Shown here piece by piece: positions 38,274 to 47,972 of a stretch of DNA of 64,000 bases. The position numbers were made by a program, and so were the translations under genes. Where the stretch lies: positions 1 to 64,000 of the forward strand of contig JAZDMS010000003.1 in NCBI GenBank assembly GCA_043800705.1, written 5' to 3'. The number at the start of each line of letters is the position of its first letter. The first letter of the stretch is position 1. This DNA is from Candidatus Altiarchaeota archaeon. GTDB taxonomy: Archaea > Altiarchaeota > Altiarchaeia > IMC4 > SCGC-AAA252-I15. The notes under the pieces were generated by a model, which worked only from the letters and a program-made list of their open reading frames with translations, did no database searches and had not been told where the DNA came from.

Positions 38274-38765
38274 GTGAACAAAAATCTTGCATTAGTAATT
38301 GTCTTAATACTGATTGTGGCTGCGATAGTTTCTTATATCGTTTACAATCCAGTTAAATCCAGATATGTTATGGCTAAGAATCCCACCTTAGTAATCTCCT
38401 TAATCCTTATTGGAGCAGCCTCTTTTTTATTCGTCATCGCTTACGCACTTTACAACGAAAATAAATTCTACTTTATTAGGAACAAACATGTTGTAGTAGT
38501 AATTGTTTTATTAATTTCTCTAGTTGTGGTCATTTCCTACATTATTTATCACCAACATAAATTAGAAAAAGAACAGCAAGAACTACAAAAACAAATTAAC
38601 TATAATGCTTGGGAGACTGAAAATGTTAAATACAATCAGCGACAGGAAAGTTGCATAAATGCAAAGAAAGAGTGTATTCAAAACTGTCGGTACGATGATT
38701 TAAGCGAGGGTATGTGCATACAAGGTTGTAATAGCATTTATTCCCAGCTTTCAACTCCCTGTTGA
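38274..38765 (+). CDS. hypothetical membrane protein with Cys-rich C-terminus
   Basis: Three similar TM segments; AT-rich. Confidence 0.6.
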   Translation: MNKNLALVIVLILIVAAIVSYIVYNPVKSRYVMAKNPTLVISLILIGAASFLFVIAYALYNENKFYFIRNKHVVVVIVLLISLVVVISYIIYHQHKLEKEQQELQKQINYNAWETENVKYNQRQESCINAKKECIQNCRYDDLSEGMCIQGCNSIYSQLSTPC

Positions 38766-38934
38766 AGATTCCCCCTTCTCCTGCTTTCTATAAAAAAGCC
38801 CCCCATAAACACATTCCAAAAATATTAAACGGCGGTTTTTTATATCCGATAATGCGCAGAGATAGTTTTGCGCTTTATGGACAAATGCTCCCGTATTTGG
38901 GCTCGGGGTATTTATCCCCTGAAAATCGACCAAG

Positions 38935-39726
38935 TCAGTAGCTTCCCAGGTCCTTGAAATACGTCGTCCTCTCATTGATCCTGGCATGGAGCTGTTCGCG
39001 TTCCTGAGCCTTCATGGAGTTGTTCTCGTAGTCGAGGTAGAAGACGTATTCTCCGAGTTTCTTCCTCGACGGCCTGCTTTCTATCTTGGTGAGGTTGATG
39101 CTTTCGTCTGCGAACAGTTTCATGATCGAAAACAGCGCCCCCGGCTCGTCCTTGGTGGAGAATATGAGTGAGGTCTTCGGCCCCTCCCTGGCGCTCTTCG
39201 AAAGCGCTATGAACCTGGTCTGGCTGTCTTGGTCCTGTATGTTCTCTGCCAGGACATGTAGGCCGTATCTGAGGCCGGCCTCCCTGAAGCCGATCGCGGC
39301 GGCGTCGGCCCTGTCGGATGCCTCGATGATGGCTTCGGCGGTACTTGAGGTGTTGGTCTTCTTCGCCTTCGGGAAGTTTTTGTCAAGGTATTCCTTGCAT
39401 TGGCCGAAGACGTGCGGGTGGGATACGATGACCTTGACGTCCTCCCTTTTTACGCCCTTCTTCGCCATCATGTGGAGCCTTATGTCAAGCGTCGCCTCGG
39501 CCACGATCTTCAGGTCGTATTTCAGGAGGGACTCCATAGTCTTGTCGACTGAGCCTTCGAGCGAGTTCTCCAATGCGGCGACGCCGTCTCCCCTGCCGTC
39601 CGCGACGTATTCGAAGACGTCCCCGACGTCGCTGAGGTATTCTATCCTCGCCAAGGGATACATCCTCTTCGCGGCCTGCTCGCTGAACGTGCCTGCAGGC
39701 CCCAGTACGGCGACGGATTCGGTCAT
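38935..39726 (-). CDS. pheA: prephenate dehydratase
   Basis: LGPAGTFSE, ENSLEGSV, TRF, LTKIESRP. Confidence 0.96.
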   Translation of the reverse strand: MTESVAVLGPAGTFSEQAAKRMYPLARIEYLSDVGDVFEYVADGRGDGVAALENSLEGSVDKTMESLLKYDLKIVAEATLDIRLHMMAKKGVKREDVKVIVSHPHVFGQCKEYLDKNFPKAKKTNTSSTAEAIIEASDRADAAAIGFREAGLRYGLHVLAENIQDQDSQTRFIALSKSAREGPKTSLIFSTKDEPGALFSIMKLFADESINLTKIESRPSRKKLGEYVFYLDYENNSMKAQEREQLHARINERTTYFKDLGSY

Positions 39727-39904
39727 CCCTACGATATTCGCCGGGACGGAATATTAACCTTTATCGCGCCGGCTGCTTTAGAAGTCGGATGGTGCCCTGA
39801 GGCCCCCGATTAGTCGAGGGAATCGGCTGTGCCACAAGCTGCCCCCCACAGATGCGATAAGGGAATGGATAAAAGTGCGGCAGCATCGGTGGGCTGCCGT
39901 CTCT

Positions 39905-40153
39905 TCACTCGTTCTCCTTGCAGTATTCGATTATGGCCTCGAATAGCTTCTTCACGAATCCCTTGTTGAGTTTCGTCGTCCTCTCCGACACCTTTATCAG
40001 GACCTCCAGCTCCCTGTTGGGGTCCGCGACCGGCAGGCCGTGTTTCCTCTTCGCCTCCCCGATCTTCTTCGCCAAATCCACCCTCTCCTCAAGAAGCGAT
40101 ATGATTCTCGAGTCCACCCTGTCTATCTTCTCCCTGAGCTGTTCAATAGGCAT
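39905..40153 (-). CDS. chorismate mutase (AroQ type)
   Basis: LREKIDRVD..I..LL.ER..LAKKIG..K, DPNRE. Confidence 0.92.
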   Translation of the reverse strand: MPIEQLREKIDRVDSRIISLLEERVDLAKKIGEAKRKHGLPVADPNRELEVLIKVSERTTKLNKGFVKKLFEAIIEYCKENE

Positions 40154-40202
40154 CTTCAAATCACCTGATATAGATTACCCTTGGGGTTTTTAAAACGCCG
40201 GG

Positions 40203-41735
40203 TTACTTGGGGGTCGGTTGGCCGCCGTTCCATTCCCCCACTATGTCGACGTCCTCTCCGGATATCTTCGTGCTCCTGCGCCTTATCTTCACGGGTACCG
40301 GCATCCTGATGGCGGAGCCTACGATGATGGCCTCGCCCCTTCCGAGGCTTGGGAGGTCTCTGACTATGTCTTCGGTCACCGTCTCCACCGACTGCCTTAT
40401 GTACTCCTGGTCCGCGGGATTGACTATCTTCATGATGATCTGGGTGTTGCACTGGGAAAGGACGTCGGCGTCGAGCTTGTTCGGCCGCTGGCTGACGACG
40501 CAGAGGCCGAGCCCGAACTTGCGGCCTTCCCTCGCGATCTTGCGGATTATGGTCCTCGATGGGGAGTGGTCGTCTTCGGCCGCCCTCGGGGCGAAGTTGT
40601 GGGCCTCCTCCAGTACGATGAATGTCGGGGTCTTGATCCCGGAGCCGTCCTCCCTCCTCATGTGTCTCTTCCTGCCGTCGAATATGCCGCGGCATATGGC
40701 TGCCACGATTATGTTGCTCACCCTCTCGTCAGCCTCAGAAAGATTGATTACTGTCAGCTGGTTAGCCTTGACTATCTCGTTCAGCGGAGTGCCGTCCATG
40801 GAGAAGACGCCCATCCTCTCCAGGCGTTTGATCCTCCTCATCAGGGCGCCGACTGTGGAGAGGCCGACCTTCTTGGTGATGCTCTTGAGTATGTCGCTCG
40901 GGAAGTTGCGGCCGGCCTCGGATTTCTCCCCTTCCTTCACGTCGTAGACGGTCTCGAGGATGTCGTGGACCGTCTTGAGGTCGTATTTGTCGTAGAACCT
41001 GTCGGCGAGGCCGAGGACTTCGTCCAGGAGGTCCCGCTGCGTGCTCGTGAGGTCGGGCATGAGGTTGTTGAAGTCGCCGGTGGAAAGCGACGACACATCG
41101 ACCTTGATCCTCTTTGGGCCGTCGACGGTGTAAACGGAGACGTCCGCTCCCTGGAACTCCATCCCGAGGAACTCGCCGTGGAGGTCGAAGACCACTACCG
41201 AGCCCCTCTTGGCCATGAGCTCCTCGACGAGGACGCCGACTGTGTAGCTCTTTCCGGCGCCGGTCATCGCAAGCACGGCGCAGTGCCGGCTCACAAGCTC
41301 GTTGATGTTCAGATTCACCTTCACGCTCTCTCTTGTCGAGAGGGTCCCGACACACGCGGATTTCCCCTCATCCTGCTGCAGGATGCCCTTCAGGAGCTCA
41401 TCGGGCGCCAGATCCACTGTCGATCCGGGCTTGATGCCGTAGCGGGGTATCTCCAGGCCGTCGCCCGTCTCGACGCCGAGCACCTTGACGACGGGAACCG
41501 GATACTCCCCCTCCTTGAGGACGATGTCGGCAAGGCGGAGGTCGCGGCCGAACTCCTCAGGCAGGAGTTCGTTCGATATGACGATGTCCTTGACGACGCC
41601 CAGGATCTTCTTCTTCGACACCGCCTCTTCGACGATGACGAACTCGTCGCGCTTGACCTTCCCCTCCTGCCCCTCCTTTATCACGAACCTGAAGGCCCTC
41701 AGATTCGTCGCTCCGATGACCTGGCCGACGCCCAT
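40203..41735 (-). CDS. herA: HerA/DUF87-family ATPase
   Basis: N-terminal HAS barrel, RHCAVLAMTGAGKS, EEAHNF, IAREGRKFG, SQRP. Confidence 0.85.
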   Translation of the reverse strand: MGVGQVIGATNLRAFRFVIKEGQEGKVKRDEFVIVEEAVSKKKILGVVKDIVISNELLPEEFGRDLRLADIVLKEGEYPVPVVKVLGVETGDGLEIPRYGIKPGSTVDLAPDELLKGILQQDEGKSACVGTLSTRESVKVNLNINELVSRHCAVLAMTGAGKSYTVGVLVEELMAKRGSVVVFDLHGEFLGMEFQGADVSVYTVDGPKRIKVDVSSLSTGDFNNLMPDLTSTQRDLLDEVLGLADRFYDKYDLKTVHDILETVYDVKEGEKSEAGRNFPSDILKSITKKVGLSTVGALMRRIKRLERMGVFSMDGTPLNEIVKANQLTVINLSEADERVSNIIVAAICRGIFDGRKRHMRREDGSGIKTPTFIVLEEAHNFAPRAAEDDHSPSRTIIRKIAREGRKFGLGLCVVSQRPNKLDADVLSQCNTQIIMKIVNPADQEYIRQSVETVTEDIVRDLPSLGRGEAIIVGSAIRMPVPVKIRRRSTKISGEDVDIVGEWNGGQPTPK

Positions 41736-41768
41736 ACCTAATATAATCGCGCCGGTCATAATTAACAT

Positions 41769-42266
41769 ATGCGCTCACTGGTCGTCGGCCGCTTCCAGCC
41801 CCTGCACCTCGGCCATCTGAGGATGATCGAGCATGTGGCGGAGGAATCGAAGCACCTGGTCATAGGCATCGGAAGCAGCAACAGGGAACCGTCGGCGGAT
41901 AATCCGTTCACCGCGGGAGAGCGGGAGGAGATGTTTCAGGGCTCGCTGAAAAGCGGGAAAAAATTCGAACTCGTCCCGATTCCCGACTTCGGAGACGATG
42001 AAAAATGGATCGCGTGGATAAAAGAAAACATAGAATTCGACGTCTTCTGGACCAACAGCCCCAACGAGCGGAGGATATTCGAGGAGGCGGGCTGCAAGGT
42101 GAATCACATCCCGTTCTTCGACAGGGACGAATACTCCGCCACAGAGGTGAGGCGCAGGATGATGGAAGGCGGCGACTGGGAGAGGCTCGTGCCTGCAGGC
42201 ACCGCGAAGGTCATCGAACGGTTGGGCGGCGGTCAGCGGCTGAGGAGCCTCTCAAACGGCGGTTGA
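41769..42266 (+). CDS. nadM: nicotinamide-nucleotide adenylyltransferase
   Basis: GRFQPLHLGH, NPFTAGER, SATEVR. Confidence 0.93.
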   Translation: MRSLVVGRFQPLHLGHLRMIEHVAEESKHLVIGIGSSNREPSADNPFTAGEREEMFQGSLKSGKKFELVPIPDFGDDEKWIAWIKENIEFDVFWTNSPNERRIFEEAGCKVNHIPFFDRDEYSATEVRRRMMEGGDWERLVPAGTAKVIERLGGGQRLRSLSNGG

Positions 42267-42296
42267 ATTATAAGCCGCAGACGGCGATATGTAATC

Positions 42297-44492
42297 ATGT
42301 CCTTCCCCTATCGCAGCGGGAAAATAGGGTGCATAAGCCTCGTCTTCAGCGTCTTCTCCTTCCTTCTGATATCATACCTCCTATATGACCCCTACGGGTG
42401 GCTTGTCGGGCTCATCCTGACAGGCGGCGTATGGTGGCGGACGCTCATGGTCGTGCCCATCGCATCCTTCCTGATGGGCGCCTACACCCTTTTCGTAACA
42501 GACACGCCGAAGAAGGTATCCTTGGCTTCTTTCATCCTGAGCGCATCATCCGGCTATCTTGGACGGAGCGCCTATGTGCCTCTCGTATTCTTCTTCATCG
42601 CCTTGATAGTCCTCTCCAAAAAAGTCCTATTCGAGAGGCCTGGGCAATCACCGATATATTGGGCCACGATATCCTATCTCTCCATCTTTCTCGTGGCCGT
42701 ACTTTCCGTGCCGATGGACTATTTATGGCGGCAAGCGAGATACATGAACCCGAGCGAGGTCGTCAGCGAATTCCTCCTCAGGATCATCTTTACCATCGCC
42801 CCGTTGGCCTACCTCATGAGCGCATTCACCATCCTAAGGAGCCTATCGGAGCTTGTCCGCCAGCGGAAGGCTCAGACCGTCCTAGCCCTCGTCCTCTGCA
42901 CTGTCGCGCTCCTGGTGATGACAGGATTCGCTGTATCGTACCTGTTTTCGCCGTATGGTCCGCCTCCGGGCGTCCCTGGCTATTGCGTCTCATATGGGAA
43001 CGTCTCCTGCTTCCATGACAATCTGATATCGCGAGGCGGAGACGTGTATCTCTCCATAAAAAACGACATGGGATATGACATCTCATTGACGGGCGAAGCT
43101 GATGCGGCAGGCTCATGCAAGGGGATAAAACTGGAATCCCTCAATGACGGGGGTTTCCCCGCTGACCTCCAATATGTCAAAGGCTACGGGGGGTGGGGCA
43201 TCCTGAGGTTCAAATGCGGAAGCCTCAATGACGATTATTTCAAAAGCAACATCACCCTCTCCTACATGAACAAATCCGACGGAAGCCGGTCGAAGGCCGT
43301 CCTATCGCTGGTCGGCCGCGCTTCCGACGAGAAGCCGAACACCAAGCCGGCGATAGACCAGTATTATTCGGATGTCGCGGATTATACCGGCATATCCACC
43401 TTATGCACTTCCATCGACGACCTGAAAAAGCAGGGCTCTTGCGTGAAGAAGCATGCAAAGACGGGGGATGAATGCAAAAACGCCATCGACGTCCCCTCAA
43501 AGGAGGATTGTCTCCTCAACGTCGCCAAAAAAATCGGGAACGTCTCCCTCTGCTACGGAATATACCGCCCGAACATGATGGACAAGTGTTTCCTCAACGT
43601 GGGGACGGCGCGCAATGACGTATCCGCATGCAGAAGGATAAGCGACCAGTCGATGCTCTCCTCTTGCCTTGGAACAGTGGCTGCCGCCAGGGAAGATGTT
43701 GGCACATGCGTCGGCGACTACCCAGAATGGATGAGTCAGGCCTGCATACTCGGGGTCGCGCAAATAACGAAAAACGCCACCTTATGCGCTCAGATAAAGG
43801 ATGCGCTCAGGAAAGACGGCTGCCTCTCTCAGTCATTCGTCGCAGAAGGGGATTTCAGGCGATGCCAGGAGCTTCAGGCGCCGCAGAACCGCCAATATTG
43901 CACCCTGGAGATAGCGAAAAAGACGCAGAATATCAGCCTCTGCGGTCTTATGTCCGATCAAGCGGCCAAAGACGACTGCCTATACAAGGTGAACGAGGCC
44001 GTCCCCGCCAAAGATGGGACTGCTGCGGAATCGTGCGGCGATATCCAGGATGCGCGGCTGAGGGACAAGTGCTATCTGAGGGAATGGGTGAGGACAAAAG
44101 ACCCCGGAATATGCGGGAAGATATATTCGGGCGGGGAAAAGTGGGAGTGCGTGCAGGCCCAAAAACCGGGGGACCTGGGCATCGGCCTCTGCATGCAAAT
44201 CCCGGAAATCTACGTCCCCCTCACAGAGCCGTACTGCGGAAACTGCCAGCAGGACAAGGGCTGGGTACAGGCCCGCTGCATAATCCAGGTCGCCAAGAAC
44301 GCCAAAGACATAGGCATATGCGGCCTCATAAGGGTCGGGTCCGACTGGGCTGAAATCAAGAACGACGAATGCGTCACGGAGGTGGCGAAGTCGACGAGGG
44401 ACCTGACGCTCTGCAAGAAGGTGACGGAGGGATGGAGCAGGAACAACTGCCAGACCGACGTCCTCATAGAGATAAGAAGGCGGGGATCCTGA
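42297..44492 (+). CDS. membrane-anchored protein with extracellular Cys-rich repeats
   Basis: N-terminal TM bundle followed by many C..I......D.C...VA repeats. Confidence 0.8.
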   Translation: MSFPYRSGKIGCISLVFSVFSFLLISYLLYDPYGWLVGLILTGGVWWRTLMVVPIASFLMGAYTLFVTDTPKKVSLASFILSASSGYLGRSAYVPLVFFFIALIVLSKKVLFERPGQSPIYWATISYLSIFLVAVLSVPMDYLWRQARYMNPSEVVSEFLLRIIFTIAPLAYLMSAFTILRSLSELVRQRKAQTVLALVLCTVALLVMTGFAVSYLFSPYGPPPGVPGYCVSYGNVSCFHDNLISRGGDVYLSIKNDMGYDISLTGEADAAGSCKGIKLESLNDGGFPADLQYVKGYGGWGILRFKCGSLNDDYFKSNITLSYMNKSDGSRSKAVLSLVGRASDEKPNTKPAIDQYYSDVADYTGISTLCTSIDDLKKQGSCVKKHAKTGDECKNAIDVPSKEDCLLNVAKKIGNVSLCYGIYRPNMMDKCFLNVGTARNDVSACRRISDQSMLSSCLGTVAAAREDVGTCVGDYPEWMSQACILGVAQITKNATLCAQIKDALRKDGCLSQSFVAEGDFRRCQELQAPQNRQYCTLEIAKKTQNISLCGLMSDQAAKDDCLYKVNEAVPAKDGTAAESCGDIQDARLRDKCYLREWVRTKDPGICGKIYSGGEKWECVQAQKPGDLGIGLCMQIPEIYVPLTEPYCGNCQQDKGWVQARCIIQVAKNAKDIGICGLIRVGSDWAEIKNDECVTEVAKSTRDLTLCKKVTEGWSRNNCQTDVLIEIRRRGS

Positions 44493-44517
44493 GCTCACAT
44501 CAGCCTTTGGGTGTCCC

Positions 44518-44790
44518 CTATCTCCTGTAGATTTTATCGTGGTGGTCGAAGTCGTAGAAGATGATTTTATCCTCTGGTACGACGTATCTGAATGTCAGCA
44601 CAAACGGGCCGTTGACATGTACTCTTTTTAGGTGTTGGAGGGGCTTCTTAAGGTTCTTGTAGTGGTTGATGTCATTACAGGATAGGATCTCATCGATTTT
44701 GGCCATGATAGCCTCATATGTCCTCTTGTCTTTCTTCTGGAGTCTGATCAGTATCCTCTTTAGGTCGTCCTCAAGGGAGAATTCACGCAT
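44518..44790 (-). CDS. RelE/ParE-superfamily toxin
   Basis: HYKNLKKPL..LKRVHV..FVLTF...FDHHDKIY. Confidence 0.85.
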   Translation of the reverse strand: MREFSLEDDLKRILIRLQKKDKRTYEAIMAKIDEILSCNDINHYKNLKKPLQHLKRVHVNGPFVLTFRYVVPEDKIIFYDFDHHDKIYRR

Positions 44791-45028
44791 CCTCTATCTC
44801 CTTCCTCAATTCCTCCAGACTCTTGTAGCTTTTAAATTTACCGCTAGCTTCTATTTTCCTGATTTTCTCGATATATTCCGGCCTAAGCTCCGGCTCAAGA
44901 AAATTCTCCTCGTATTCGTTCACAACCAGATTAATCGCCTGGGACTTGTCTTTTAGGCCGTATTTCGCCTTTACTATGTTCAGAATCCTATTGACGTGGT
45001 CGTCGATGTTAATCACCGCTTGAACCAT
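44783..45028 (-). CDS. antitoxin (DUF2683-like)
   Basis: MVQAVINI...NRILNIVKAKYGLKDKSQAI...EPELRPEY; overlaps the toxin gene. Confidence 0.85.
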   Translation of the reverse strand: MVQAVINIDDHVNRILNIVKAKYGLKDKSQAINLVVNEYEENFLEPELRPEYIEKIRKIEASGKFKSYKSLEELRKEIEDA

Positions 45029-45074
45029 GTTACATCACATATATGCCTATGTATGCCGTATATATAAGCATATA

Positions 45075-45728
45075 TTATGCCAGCCCTAGTCCGTCCTCTA
45101 TCCTCTGCAGCTCTATGGGTGTCGTCTTCGACCCGGTGATGTAGCCGTTTCCGTTGGCTAAGAGGCCTGATTTCACGTACGGTATTCCGCAGTTGACTGT
45201 CCCCACCATGCCCTTGCATCCCAGTATGCCGTCGAGCTCCTTCAGCTGGTGTTCGGCGTCCGGGTGGGCGATATAGCCCTTGTTCGTCGCCATCACATAT
45301 GCTCCGACTTCGATGCGGCCTGCGATGTCGCCGGTGACGACCTCGACCCCAAGCACGTCCTCGATGGCCTTGTAGTCCCTGGTGAGGACACTGGAGACGT
45401 AGGCCTTTTTGTCGTTCACGGCCATCATGTTCCCCATTGCCGTGTAGTTGTCCCTGACCTTCAGGACCTCCACGCCGAGCGGCTTCATGAAATTGACGAC
45501 CGTATCATACTCCATGTCGGAGACGAAGTAGGGCACGAGGATGCCGTTTGAGTTGCCTGTGCAGAACATGCCGACGAGGTTCGTGCTGTAGGATTTCGCC
45601 TTGAGGGTCGGCACCCCGAGTATGCTCTCCTCTTCGAAGTCGGGGGAAACGAACGCGTATTTGTCCGTGGCGAATCCGAGCAGGCCTATGAAATCCTCCC
45701 CCCTTATGTTGACTTGTTCCGCTATCAT
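45075..45728 (-). CDS. eif6: translation initiation factor 6 (aIF6)
   Basis: GNSNGILVP, MGNMMAVND, GTVNCGIPYVKSGLLAN, TTPIELQRIE. Confidence 0.93.
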   Translation of the reverse strand: MIAEQVNIRGEDFIGLLGFATDKYAFVSPDFEEESILGVPTLKAKSYSTNLVGMFCTGNSNGILVPYFVSDMEYDTVVNFMKPLGVEVLKVRDNYTAMGNMMAVNDKKAYVSSVLTRDYKAIEDVLGVEVVTGDIAGRIEVGAYVMATNKGYIAHPDAEHQLKELDGILGCKGMVGTVNCGIPYVKSGLLANGNGYITGSKTTPIELQRIEDGLGLA

Positions 45729-45733
45729 CCCGT

Positions 45734-46156
45734 TCACCTTATGTAGCTCGTGTCCGACTCCTTCTCGTTGAGGCTCACCTGGGGCATCGGGATCGGCGAG
45801 GGAAGCTTCACGTCCCTGGCAAGGAAGCTCGCCTCGACTATGCAGTTCGTCAGTATGGTATTGTGGATGGACTCCGCCATCTCCTTCGGCAGCTTGGTTT
45901 TCCCGCTCTTTTCCCACTCGCCGAGGGCCTTCTCTATGTTCTCCGGGGATTCGTCCACCGTCAGGTCCCCCTCTATCCTTATGATCCCGATGTTCGGCTC
46001 ATAGGTGGAGCTGAAGACGAACCCTATGCTGAGCTTGTCCCCCTCCTTCGAGGCGGCGACTATCGTGGAGTTGTTGTTGATGTTGACCTGGCTTCTGACC
46101 ATGCCGATCCTCCTTGCGTCCAGGTTCTTGAAGGTTATGTTGAAGTTCATCATCAT
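45734..46156 (-). CDS. conserved archaeal hypothetical protein
   Basis: Beta-rich ORF (F.F...YEP.IG.I.IEG, LPSPIPMP) co-oriented with aIF6. Confidence 0.75.
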   Translation of the reverse strand: MMMNFNITFKNLDARRIGMVRSQVNINNNSTIVAASKEGDKLSIGFVFSSTYEPNIGIIRIEGDLTVDESPENIEKALGEWEKSGKTKLPKEMAESIHNTILTNCIVEASFLARDVKLPSPIPMPQVSLNEKESDTSYIR

Positions 46157-46199
46157 GTTGTATTATAACTGGGTAACCTTATATAACATCGGTTTAAAA

Positions 46200-46613
46200 A
46201 TGCTAGTTGTGGCAACTGGGGTCTTCGAGATCCTGCATCCGGGCCATCTGAAGTACCTGGAGGAGTCCAAGAAGCTCGGCAGCCGCCTCGTCGTCGTCGT
46301 CGCAGCTGACGAGACGGCGACGAAGAGGAAACGGAGGCCCGTCATCTCGGAGCGCCAGCGCCTGCACATGGTGAAGGCGCTCAAACCGGTAGACGACGCG
46401 ATAGTCGGCGAAGACGGCGACATCTACGACACGATCGTCAGGCTCAACCCCGGAATCCTCACGATCGGGCCCGACCAGGACTTCGACCCCAAGGAGGTGG
46501 AGGCGAAGCTTCATGAGCGCGGCCTGAAGACGAAGGTCGTGAAGATCAGGCACTACTGGGACGCGGGCCTGCACTCATCGAGGATAATAGTTGACCTCAT
46601 AAAAAGACAATGA
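46200..46613 (+). CDS. ribL: FAD synthase (archaeal cytidylyltransferase-like)
   Basis: ATGVFEILHPGH, LKPVD, GPDQ, SSRII. Confidence 0.85.
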   Translation: MLVVATGVFEILHPGHLKYLEESKKLGSRLVVVVAADETATKRKRRPVISERQRLHMVKALKPVDDAIVGEDGDIYDTIVRLNPGILTIGPDQDFDPKEVEAKLHERGLKTKVVKIRHYWDAGLHSSRIIVDLIKRQ

Positions 46614-46972
46614 ATTCGGCCAATTTCCTGAAAGGCAGGCGGAGCCTGAACGTCTTACTCGTCGTCGCCTGGATGGCTGTGATATTCATGGGGTCGTCCA
46701 TCCAAAAAGAGGACATGCAGCCCCAGTTCAGTCCGGTTGCCAAGGTCGGGCACCTGATGGAGTACGCGGTCCTCGGATTCCTTGCGTTCCCGCTCGCCGG
46801 CCAGTCGAAGAGGCCGCTTCTGTCCTGCGTCATTTTCTGCGCCGCCTACGCGGCCTCCGACGAGTTCCATCAGCTCTTCGTCCCAGGCCGCCACGGCACG
46901 CCCGTGGACGTATTGATCGACGCCGTCGGGGCGGTGATAGGCTCTTCTTTGTCCTGGAGGCTGATGGGATGA
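46610..46972 (+). CDS. VanZ-family membrane protein
   Basis: KVGHLMEYAVLG, DEFHQLFVPGR, DVLID. Confidence 0.9.
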   Translation: MNSANFLKGRRSLNVLLVVAWMAVIFMGSSIQKEDMQPQFSPVAKVGHLMEYAVLGFLAFPLAGQSKRPLLSCVIFCAAYAASDEFHQLFVPGRHGTPVDVLIDAVGAVIGSSLSWRLMG

Positions 46973-47967
46973 AGTTCCTCAAGGTGAAGAAGGAGAGGGC
47001 CCAGGAATTCCGCAGGAAGATACTGGCGGCAGGCGTCCTTGACGGTTCGGCGTCGGTCGAGCGGGAGGGCGAACACGTATTTTTCCCCGTGACATCCGAT
47101 CCGAAGATCAGGGGCGCCGCATTGGTGGAACGGGAGGGCAAGCGAAGGCAGCGGAGGCCGAGGTCGATGAAGGATGCGCTTAAGGGCATCCTCACCTGCG
47201 GGGAGATGGAGAGCCTGCAGAGCTCGTACAACGTCGTCGGAGACATAGCGATACTCGAGTTCGATGAGGAACTCCTCCCCAAGAGCGGACAGATAGGGGG
47301 GGCGATGCTGGAGACGTTCCATAACATCAAGGTCGTCGCGTTGAAGACCGAACAGGTCTCAGGCGAATACAGGGTTCCCGGAATCAAGGTCTTAGCGGGA
47401 GATAACAGGACCGAGACCATCCACAAGGAACACGGCTGCGTCTACAAGCTGGACGTAGCCGAGGCATACTTCAGCCCGAGGCTCGGACACGAGCGCCTCA
47501 GGGTCGTAGAACAGATAAGGGACGGGGAGCGGGTCCTCGTCATGTTCGCAGGCGTCGGCCCATATGCGGTGCTGGCTGCGAAGATGCGCAAATGCGAGCT
47601 CACGGCCGTAGAACTCAACCCCAAAGCGGTCGAATACATGCGGTGGAACGTCCTTAGGAACAAGGTCAAAGTCGACGTAATAGAAGGCGATGCGAAGGCC
47701 GTCCTCCCGACGCTTGGAAAGTTCGACAGGATCATAATGCCCTTGCCGAAGCAGGCAGACACATTCCTCAAGGTCACGCTGCCCGCCCTCAAGGCCGGGG
47801 GGATGATCCACTACTACACATTCGCCCACAACAGCCTCGAAGCCACAGGCCACCTCGCCGAGACCGTTGCCACCCTAGGTGGGAGGATCAGGGTCGAAGA
47901 CGCAGTGGAATGCGGAAGCTACAGCCCCTGCATGGCCAGGTACTGCGTGGACTTCACTTTACAGTAA
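46969..47967 (+). CDS. trm5: tRNA (guanine37-N1)-methyltransferase Trm5/Taw22 family
   Basis: VGDIAI, TIHKEHGC, YFSPRL..ER, MFAGVGPY, ELNP, DRIIMPLP. Confidence 0.9.
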   Translation: MKFLKVKKERAQEFRRKILAAGVLDGSASVEREGEHVFFPVTSDPKIRGAALVEREGKRRQRRPRSMKDALKGILTCGEMESLQSSYNVVGDIAILEFDEELLPKSGQIGGAMLETFHNIKVVALKTEQVSGEYRVPGIKVLAGDNRTETIHKEHGCVYKLDVAEAYFSPRLGHERLRVVEQIRDGERVLVMFAGVGPYAVLAAKMRKCELTAVELNPKAVEYMRWNVLRNKVKVDVIEGDAKAVLPTLGKFDRIIMPLPKQADTFLKVTLPALKAGGMIHYYTFAHNSLEATGHLAETVATLGGRIRVEDAVECGSYSPCMARYCVDFTLQ

Positions 47968-47972
47968 TACCA

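Noticed and set aside
40366-40392. GTCTTCGGTCACCGTCTCC in herA as a heptamer remnant
   Set aside because: Units are not in 7-bp phase and encode a normal HerA segment; likely chance.
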